DNA from: Callorhinchus milii | Taxonomy: Eukaryota | Assembly: GCF_018977255.1 (NCBI RefSeq) | Contig: NW_024704752.1 | Coordinates: forward strand, 9,796,001 to 9,860,000 | Direction of reading: 5' to 3' | DNA length: 64,000 nt | Part shown: positions 1 through 13,800 of the stretch, piece by piece | Layout of the letters: the number at the start of each line of letters is the position of its first letter | Numbering within the stretch: the first letter of the stretch is position 1 | The notes under the pieces: model-generated | Databases searched by the model: none | What the model was told of the DNA's origin: nothing | Seen by the model: the letters and a program-made list of their open reading frames with translations, nothing else | Translations under genes and position numbers: made by a program

Positions 1-3523
<3,523 letters not shown>

Positions 3524-4409
3524 TTAGACACCAAATAAGTTTTTCTTTCATACACAGGATATTGAACAGCTGGAACTGGCTGTCAGAAACAGGATTGAGG
3601 TCAGGGCACCGGACGATTAAGAAACGGCTTGATACTGGCAATGGGAAAATGATAAAGTTGACTTTCTTGAAGGCTGAGATCAGATAAACCGATGCTCCTT
3701 TTCTTTTGAACTTATCTTGTGAGCAGCATTCATTTATATTCTATAATACGTCACTCGTAGCTGAACAATTCTGAGTTCTGTTGATTATTAACACAATAAC
3801 TATTGGATAATTTCCTAACATTCCCTGAAGATTGTATGATAATATATCCCTAGAGAAGGATAGAAAACTAGAGTAAACAAGATTATTGATAGAATTACTC
3901 AGTGAATAAGAACATATCAGTGGACAGGATCTTTTCAGAATCAACAGAAATTCACTGCTGTGTTATGGAGCCTCCGAATTGTGTACTGAACATTACTCAA
4001 GTCGCCCTTTGAAGTTTCATCCCTTTTACAACATTTACGAAATGTTACATTATCATTTACTATTCCCGCAATCACTGTTCATACAAAAGTTCATTCCCCT
4101 GTAAGTCTACAAATAAGTCCTGATTTTGGAGGGGAAACATTTGATTCATCAGAAGTAAGTGGGATATTAAGAAATGATTCAACTGAAAATTGAATAATGG
4201 ATCTGTAAGATGATAGATTCTCAATATAAAATTAGATAAAGATGTGTTTTAGAGGTATATTGAACCATCAAATAAATAACATATAATCCTTGCATTTGAA
4301 TAGCCATTGATTTCAGGAGGATGACTCAAAGACCTTCACAGGGTGTATGGTAAAGTGCAGTTACTGTATATTTTGTAAATGAATATTGGTTACCATATTT
4401 AATAATAAA

Positions 4410-4860
4410 ACAGCTTGGGTCATTGATAGCACACTCACCTCTGAGTCAGAAGGTTGTAGGTTTAAATCCTTTGAACTCATATAGTCTAAGATGAAACTCT
4501 CAATGCAGTGCTTGGGGATGAGTTGCATTGTTGGAGGTGCAGTTCTTCAGGTGAAATGTTAAACCGAGGTCCAATCTGCCTGTTCAAGTGGATGTTAAAG
4601 ATCCCATGGCACTATTTAAAAAGAGAATTGGGGGATTGTTGATGTCCTGGCCAACAATCTCCCAAATAAAATTGGTCATTTATTTCATGGCTGTTTGTGG
4701 GAATTGCTGTGCGCAATTATGCTACCGTGTTAACAAATACACAGTTTACAAATACACAGTCATTCCATTCCGTAGTAAATCCTGCAAACGCTTTAAGATG
4801 TCTTTCCAATGTGATAAGACACTATACCAAATGCAAGGATTATTATTATTATTATTATTA
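4410..4860 (+). mobile_element. Deu-domain SINE (SacSINE1/AmnSINE1-like), diverged
   Basis: Contains AAACCGAGGTCC...GTGGATGTTAAAGATCCCATGGCACTATTT...TGTCCTGGCCAA (Deu core, recognised from memory), a tRNA-like head and an (ATT)n tail. Confidence 0.7.
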
Positions 4861-5529
4861 AAAAGGAATAAGTAGATAATGGGGTGAAAAAGTAAATATT
4901 TCACAATGGATTTCATGTGGATGTTAAAGTGATAACCTGTTATGAAAAAAGCCACCTTTGCTTTGACTGCTTTCAATTGCTGTGACTTGAAGTCATGAAA
5001 ATCATTCCTATTAACTTCTGGTCATGCCATATCTTTTCATTGCTTCAACTTCACAATGTTCTTGAAACTGCTGTACTGACTACCAAAGACCTTCACAAAC
5101 GATCACAAGAGGTTTTAATCTAGGTAAAAGGCTTCTCAAAGTGAATTTGGGATGTTACCTCTTCACAAAATTATTGGTTGGTCAAACAAGATCTACCGCT
5201 TCTTAATCAGTGCTTGCTGTCATTTATTAAGCTGTTTTTACATAGTTAATTTTCTTTCTGACAATTGACTCCATTGGTTTTCCAATTATTAAGCTCAGGT
5301 TAATGGATCTCGAGTTACCAGGTATGCTTCTGTCACCGTTCTTGAAAAGAAGAGCTGCATTTGCTTGCTTCTAATCAGAAGGAAAATCACCAGTGGTGAT
5401 TGATTGACTCGTGTGTGCCAGTCATACACAAATCTCATGCCCTGTCCCTCTAAGTACCCTTGAAGACAGCAGCCTCTCTCTGCTCCAGCCTGTAAATCCT
5501 CCATTGGATCCACCATGGCAGACACTGCT

Positions 5530-7035
5530 AGCTTTCCAACAGCAGCCACTCTGACTGCCCTATCCCCAATGCTCGCTGCAAGGCCCATCGGTCCCTGACC
5601 CCGGGGGCCAAACTCTCTTCCCTCATTTACATCCCCATCCTCCCTGTCAATCGTCCTCCTCCCCCAACTCATTCCCCAATTTCCACCACCAACTGTCCCC
5701 TCTGCATCGGCCTACAAAATCCCTGCTCCTCCTCCAATAAAACACTCACCATCCAAGACTTCATTGTTGACAAAAACATCAACATTTATCCCCTCATCGA
5801 AACCTGGGTCATTCCATGCGACACCTTCCACCTGACAGAGGCTACAGCATCTGGCGACACCTTCCATCATACTCCACAAGTTAACTCATCCTTGGCAACT
5901 TCAACATTCATTTCACCCCTTCCTGCTCAGTGTGGCTCTCATCTCCCGGTCCCCACTCGGCCTATCCTCTTACTCCTCCGGAAACTTCCCCTCCTTTGAG
6001 CACCTAACCCCTTTATCACCCTCAAACCTTTCCCTCAAAATTCTCATTATCTGTCGTTTCCCCCAAACCCTCCCACACCTTCCTACCCGACATCTCCACC
6101 GTCCTATCTTCTGCCTCCCTCTGCTCCAAATGCCTACTCATCCGAGGCAACTTCAACATTCATTTCACCCCTTCCTGCTCAACCTCTACTGACTCCTCTC
6201 TCTTCTACTCCTTCAACCTCTCCCTCCATATCCACTCTGTCACCCACATCCGCGGTACTCCCCTCGACCTGGTGATCACTTGGGGCCTCACCGTCTCAGA
6301 CCTCATCATCACGAACAAAACCATCTTGGACAATTACTTCATCTCCCTTAACTCCTCAATCCCTCTCCCACTGCCACCCAACCCATCTCCATCTCCTACC
6401 ACCCCTGGAATAAAATCTCCTCGCCCCTCCCTCTATGCTGCCTTGGAGTCATCTGAACTCATCCCCCTCTGGGCTTCCTCCCGCAATGACCTATCCTCCT
6501 TGGTCATTCTTCTTCACCCCTCCGTCTCCACCACTCTTGATGCCCTTGCTCCCCTTACTTCCTGAACTGTCTCCAACTCACAAAATTCACCCTGGTATAC
6601 CAGCCACCTCCATTCCCTTAAGGCCCTGGTGTGTGCCGCTGAATGTACCTGATTCAAATATAACTTAACGGTCCATCGGCAGATCTGGCTGGACCTTATC
6701 AAATCTTACAGCTCCACCCTCGCCTCCGCTAAATTGTCATTCTACTCCAAGACAATCTTGGAGGCCAAGGACAACCCCAGGCTCCTCTTCGTCACTCACC
6801 GGCTCCTCCATCCACCCTCTTCTGCTTCACTCATTCTCTCCTCCAACGCCAACTGTGAGGCAAAGCTGGACTTCCTCGAAACCAAAGTCGAGGGGATCTG
6901 CTCAGCTGCCTCTTCCCTTCTGTCTACTACCCCCTCCCCATCTCCCACTCACACCCTGACCCCTACCTATCCCTCCCTCCACACCTTCGAACCTGTCTCG
7001 CATTCCTCTCTCATCACCACTATAACCCACATTGG
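5530..7035 (+). mobile_element. Decayed L2/CR1-group LINE, APE endonuclease and linker part of ORF2
   Basis: C-rich strand; broken frames give ETW, GNFNIH (GDFN), PTHIRGTPLDLVI, PWY and YSKTILEAKDNPRLLF. Confidence 0.8.
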
Positions 7036-7218
7036 AATGGCATAATTTCAATGACGGGATCCCTGTCAGGATTAACATAGAGAAATAAAGTATGTGTCAG
7101 GCTGACTATTCACAGTGCTTTAAAAATATACTAATCCTTACATTCATTATAGCCCCTTACCACGTCAAAACATTGCAAGAGCATTTTGTAAAGTTATTTT
7201 TGTAAATGTACTGACTGT

Positions 7219-7850
7219 GGAGTTCTGCAGTTTAGTGGCGAGAGCACTCTCCTTGCAAGCAAGAGGACCTGGGTTCACTTTCCCGGCAGAGTGAAAATTT
7301 GGGCAAGTTTCCTTACACCACACACCTCTGTTTACCTAGCAGTAAATGGAAACCCAGTTGTTGGTCGATTGGCAGTCGCTTTTCCAAAGGTAACAATCTC
7401 TTAAATTTTTTATTTTAATTTAGTCATGACTAAATTAGTCACCTATGACTGTTTGTGGGACACTGCTGTAAGCAATTGGCTGCCGCGTTTCGCCCACAAA
7501 GTATAGGCGTCTTCCGCCACTCTGCATCCACCCTCTGGGAACTCCATCCCGCAGACCCTCCATCTTGCCCCCTCCCTCGCCACCTTCAAGACCCTTCTCA
7601 AGACCCTCCTCTTCGACCGTGCTTTCGATCTTCCTGCTTCCCCCCACTGCCCTCCACCCTTCCCCAATCCGACCCCCAGCTTGTGTCCATAAGTCTGTCT
7701 GTCCAGCGCCTTGGGACATCCTTCTGACGTGAAAGGCGCTATACAAATGTGATTTTGTTGTTGTTGTAATATTCTGTGAAGCACTTTGAGACGTCTCAAA
7801 GGCGTGATAAGGCGCTATATCAAATGCAAGGATGATTATTATTATTATTT
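7219..7850 (+). mobile_element. tRNA-headed SINE interrupted by a nested L2 3' fragment (about 7505-7766)
   Basis: SINE head GGAGTTCTGCAG and body to about 7500; then L2 LWNS/FKTLLKT-type sequence with a (TTG)n tail; then the SINE 3' end resumes to (ATT)n. Confidence 0.8.
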
Positions 7851-9253
7851 GAGGTAACCACAATTTAGGATCAACAATTCAAACAATTATTATTCAGGAG
7901 TAAATGCAAAACAATTAAATTACAATTCTAAAGCAATACTTCCTAAAATAATTGAAAATAAAGAATTAGAATTCAATACTTTTTTCATGAAAAATAATAC
8001 CACTTGCCAAAATTCTTAGTTGGGCTGTTAAATGTTGGAATTGTTCAATAATAAGAGAAATTAATTGTAGCGCAAGTAGGTGCTAATTATTCGAAAATGT
8101 CTCTCGTGAAGTAAAACTGAAGTCTGTCCAATGTGTATATAATGCTTACAGGAGAATACAATTGCTTGCGCTGCGCAATAGGACAATTAGGTCTCAAGTG
8201 GGGCAAAATCTGTAGCTGCTAATTGTTTATAAAATTGAATTATATACCCAACTGAATGAATATATTCTATTGGAAACATGCAAGGTAATAATCTATTCCA
8301 AAAATAAATTGGAGCTAACTTGATCTTCTCCTAAGGGCTATGCAGCTGCTGTATAATTGACGTGATTCCCTTGATATAAATGTTCTGGTATTGTTTCCAT
8401 TGAAGACACCTTTTAATCATACTTGCAAAATTTCTTTGAAAACAATTGACTTTAAAATCTGAACAGTGATCATAGCTCTATCTTTACTTTTAAAAGTATT
8501 TTATTAGCTCAGTGACATAAAGAAATATATTTGAACTTTTTTTTACAATATTTTGGAAATATATAACAGTAAAAATGTGATATTTCTTTGTCAAACATGC
8601 AGAGTGAAACACATAATTGCTACGTTTTATGCAACCTGAACAAAGTATTAAATTAAAATGGGAACTAGGAACTGTGAAGTTGGTTTGACAGCACATAAAA
8701 TTATTTCAACACTCTTTCAATTTGGAAAGTATCAGGCTCAGACTTGTTAAACACATTAATTTTGGGGACAATGGCAAGATAGGGAATTTAAGCAGATCCC
8801 CAAAATATATAGCTAAATAGCTACATGCCTGGAAATGGAAGTGAAAGACAAATAAGATTATACTCCTTAAAATTGAGAAGACAAATGGATGGGACTGGGA
8901 ACTCTAATAAAACGACAGGCTTGTTAGATTGTGCGTCAATTTTATGGCACGCCTAAGTATGCTTTGAGCTTCTTAAATATTTCACAGATATATAATTCAC
9001 TTTACAGTATATTATGTGAAGTGCTTTGAGTGATAAGGCGCTATATCAAATGAAAGGATTATTAAAAAGATTATTAATTACATTAATTTTAATATTGTTA
9101 CCAATGGCAAAAATATATATTATTTTCTTAATCAAAAAATGGATAATTTTTAAAATGATATTTGTAAGTTTTTTTACTTGATAAAGAGAAAAGAATAACA
9201 GCAATGACTTTGATATTAGACTGATGGAAAATAATATAGTGATTATATAATAT

Positions 9254-9480
9254 ACAACAACATGCATTTACATCACACCCTTCATGCTAGGTAGCATCCT
9301 GGAGCGCTTGAAAATGGCAGACTCTGAAGCCGAGGCAGCCGGGAGGTGACCATAAGCACAATCAAAAATAAAGTAATTTAAATGAGATTTGAATGTGGGG
9401 AGAGAGGGGTCAAGACAGGGGGAGAGTTCCAGAGTTTCATGGCATAGGGGCTGAAGGCACGGCCACCGATATTAAAAGCG
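9254..9480 (-). mobile_element. Old L2 3' fragment
   Basis: Degenerate similarity to 2274-2593 (GAGTTCCAGAG, CTGAAGGCACGGCCAC, (CAA)n tail). Confidence 0.55.
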
Positions 9481-9619
9481 GACCCACAATTTTCCTCTTT
9501 TGCTGAAAGGTAGAAAGAGTCCCCTTTAATTAACCAATTACTAGATCAATTGAATAAAAAGATTATTGGATTTTTGGAGATACAAATAAATCCTTATGGT
9601 TTAGAGCCATAGATAGATT

Positions 9620-10037
9620 TAATAATAATAATAATCCTTATCATTGGTATCAGGCTTTTCATGTCAGGAGCACGTCCCAAACCACTTCACAAGGAAATAA
9701 TATAAAGTGGAGTGACTGTATGTTTTTGTGGGTGAATACCTTACCTGGCCCAATTTGACACAACAATGTCCCATGATAGCCATAAAATAAATGACCAATT
9801 TAATTTGGGGGATTGTTGGCCAGGACACCGAGAGAAACTCTCCCTTCTTTTTTCGAGTAGTCTCATGGGATCTTTAATGTCCACCTGAACTGGCAAACGG
9901 GACCTCGTCAAAGGACGGCACCTCCGACAATGCAACACCCACCCGTCACTAACGGGAGTGTCAGTTTAGACGATCAGAGTTCCAAGTCCTGACCCACAAC
10001 CTTAGAGGCTAGAGAGCTGCCAACTGAGCCAGGCTGA
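9620..10037 (-). mobile_element. Deu-domain SINE
   Basis: Reverse complement of the 4410-4860 family (CATGGGATCTTTAATGTCCACCTGA, GACGGCACCTCCGACA) with an (AAT)n tail. Confidence 0.7.
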
Positions 10038-10687
10038 TACACAGACAAAGAAAAGATCATTCACACTGGAAAAATAAACAAAACAAAGCGTGGATAAAAT
10101 TGAATCTGTTGAATAATAGAAGTGGGGAAAGAAAAGAGATTGGGACGTACTTATTGAGCATTTATATTCAATGTGAAGCAATTCTGAGCAAAGATTTTCT
10201 CGAATACATTTGACTTTTTTTAACTTCATGACTAGAATTGGTGGTTCCACGTATGAATATTGCTGTGCCGTATTGTGCAACTTGTCTGCAAAGATTGACC
10301 TACAAATGAAGCTGCAAAGGAGATTCTTGCTTATCTAAAATGGATACAATAGATAATAATAATAATAATAATAATCCTTACATTTGATATAGCACCTTAT
10401 CACTTCAAGGAAACGTCCAAAGTGCTTCACAGAATATTTTGCAAAGTAGATTGACTATGTATTTTGTGGGCAAAACTAGTGGGAAAACTTTAGTTTTGTA
10501 TTGTCTGATTATCAATGAAATATTCATTCAGTGGAATTATATTTCAAACAATCTCCATGACATATCTGCTAAGGTGCTGGCCTGTAGGTGGTCCACATAC
10601 ATTGAAATTCTACAACAAGGTATAAACTGAGAAACAGAATTTTTTTAAAATTGGAAACCAAGCAACATGCAATGATAAGCTGTTTAC

Positions 10688-10693
10688 TTTATT
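10688..10693 (-). terminator. Putative AATAAA polyadenylation signal of gene 2; equivalents at 17701, 41969, 49332 and 56244
   Basis: AATAAA in the same context (plus strand TTTATTGT) 155-190 nt after the stop codon in five paralogs. Confidence 0.5.
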
Positions 10694-10868
10694 GTGTATT
10701 AACAATGTAAGAAACCATCATACAATCAATACAAGAAATCATTCACAAAATTCATATAACCGACATTAAAAAAATCAAAGCGTTATTTTGGGACAAATGG
10801 AAAAACAACCTCCTCATCCAAATGATACATAACTCAACTCAATTTCCACTTTCATTAGTAAAACATGT

Positions 10869-13800
10869 TCACTGTTTCTTGGAAGCCATTTTACCCATCA
10901 TGTGCTTCTTCGTATTTTCCTCTTTTTTCAGTAGGATAATATAACACTTAGGAGCAAAAATACAGACAAGTAACCCAAAGCTTGATGCCAAAATTGCAAA
11001 TATTTCTACAGCCACAGTATATTTTCCAGGAGAGCTTACATAAGCTGGAATGAAAGTGATCCAAACAGCACAGAAGATAAGCATGCTGAAAGTGATGTGC
11101 TTCGCTTCATTGAAGTTGTCTGGAAGTCGGCGAGCGAGAAAAGCAACTACAAAGCATACACCAGACAACAGTCCAATGTAACCAAGTACACAGTAAAAGG
11201 CGACTGCAGATCCCAGATGGCATTCAAACACTATTCTCTCCCTAAAATATTCACTATTTTTCAGAGGATAAGGTGGTGCCAAACATAGCCAGACAGTACA
11301 TATTGAGCATTGTATCAGGGTAAGGATGAAAACACTCAGGCGTTGTTGTGTAGGTCCAAACCACTTCATTATGTTATTACTGGGAAGTGTTGCATTAAAT
11401 GCCATCACCACAACGATTGTTTTTCCCAAAACACAGGAAATACAAAGAACAAAAGTGATACCAAAGGCTGTGTGACGTAACCTACAGGACCAGACTGAAG
11501 GCTCTCCAATGAATGTAACTGAGCACAGAAAACACAAAGCTAATGCGAAAAGAAGTAAAAAGCTTAATTCTGAATTGTTAGCTTTAACAATAGGAGTGTC
11601 TCTGTGAACATAGAAAGCTACAAGTACACTTATAGTGATGCAAACCCCAAGCAATGCCAGTGTCACTAGAGCAATCCCCAATGTCTCCTCTAAGGAGAGG
11701 AATTCAATTTCCTTCAGTATGCAATGATCCCGTTTATCATTGGACCGGTATTCCAAAGGACATTTGAGGCAAACGGTTGAATCTGAAAGAAAATAAATTT
11801 TGATTGGAACAATCTGAATTGAAATCCATTCAATAAATCTTTGTGATTATAAGAAAGAATTGATAGCTGTGTTTGTTCTTACCAGTGATGTTACTAATTT
11901 GACCATCAGCACATTCTGTACAATCAAAGCAACACTTTGGTTGACCTCTTTTTGCTGCTTTCCTTGTTCCAGGGAGACAACTGTCAGAGCAAACCGCCCG
12001 TGGGACCTAGTTATAGACAAATGCAGATATTAAATGTTAATATTACACCATTGTTCTTTTTCTGTGGCCTATCTGGAGTTCTGCAGCTTATTGGTTAAAG
12101 GATTGTCTCACATGCAAGATTGACCTGGGTTGGATTGCCGGACACAGAGAAAATTTAGGGAAACATCCTTACTCCATACTCCTCTGTTTATTTAGCAGTA
12201 AGGAACTCTGTTGTTAGTTGATTAGCGGATCACTTTTACTGGGGTAATAATCCTTTGAAAAAATAAATAATAATAATAATATTAATTTGGTCACTCGATC
12301 CCCAACTCTTTGTGGGACACTGCTGTGAGCAATTGGCTGTCGTGATCAGCCCACAAAATATAGTAATTTCACTTGACAGTATATTCTGTGAAGCGCTTTG
12401 CGACATCTCAACAACGTGATAAGGAGCTATATCAAATGAAGGATCATTATTATTAGGTGATTCTTCAGTGCCATGTAGTTAATTTATCCCAAGATTCACA
12501 CTGAGTTGCAAGAACATTTGCATTGTCATTGCTGCTCAACCCTTTTCACATCTGAACCACTGGTGGGCAGCAAAAATTCTTACCATAATCCGACCTCCGC
12601 TCCACACGATTGTCTCTTCCCTTAATTTAAATTCTTCCCCTGGAGGAGCAGATCCATCATAGTGCCCGACAGTGATAATATCAGTGCCGCCGAGGTCATT
12701 TGGTTGCCAGTTTATAATGTTGTACGTTGCAACTGGATCCCCGTTTTCATCGAAGTGAACATTTTCACCAATTTTTGTGTTGAAATTCACTGTCTTCATG
12801 TAATGCAGAAGCTTTATTGGAAAATAACAAGAGAAGAAGTAATAATCACAAAATACTTTCAACCCTTAACATGTTGCATTATGCTAACGCTTAATATGCG
12901 AAGCAATCCAAGGCACACACGTTACAGGTTCCAATCTCATTCTGTGGTGTGAAGGAGCAGTACTTGGCAATTGGCTTTTGTGCCGCTGAGACAATGAAGG
13001 AGAAATCAGCGTCCAATCCTTACTATTCAATCACCCCCTTTCTTTCTTCATAAAACCTGAACTTTTGTAGATGTTGGGTGAGAACAAGATTGAGGAGGTC
13101 AATGATGTATTTCATACTAAATTGTGTGAAAACACCCATTATCTAAGATCGCATTTAAATAAAAGTTCTTAAAGAAAATATGGACCTCCTTGATATAGGG
13201 AAACAACAGCAAAATAGGAAACAAGAAAAACACAAACATCGGCAAACAAATCTGTGAAAACAATATAATTGGTATTAACATTGAACCATAGATCACAAGA
13301 TGATTTTGGATAAAGAATTCCCTTCAGTCCATCAGATTTAATTTTTCCAAAGCACTCAACCTATAGACTGCAACCATGGCTTATAGCTTTCTATTTGTAT
13401 AGCCTCTACCACAAATCAATCTGAAATACTGTTGAATCATTTAACTTTTAATTGATAAATCATATGAAGAACTGCTTACTTGCCATGGTTGAAAATTTGA
13501 AATATTTGCACAACGTTTATTGGAAAATGGTCCTTTGCCATTTTCACATGACAGCAGATCCTGAAGAGCATGAGCTATAGCGTAGGTTGCTGTATAGACA
13601 TTGTAGGTAACTCTGTACTGAGACACATCTGTATATGCATTATTTACAGTCCGTAAATCCTCTAGTCCTGTGCATTTCTTAATTCCGTCTACTTTGTGCT
13701 TCCCATTTCTTAGTGTACAATTGAAGGTCATTTCCCAAAACTCTTTTATTAAGCGGTTTCCTGGATATGCAGAAGGATGAACTCGCAGTAGAAACTCTCT

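Noticed and set aside
11097-11288. Recurrent plus-strand [14 protein letters not shown]... (seven copies)
   Set aside because: Antisense shadow of the conserved 7TM exon, with a non-ATG start; explained by exon 6 identity.
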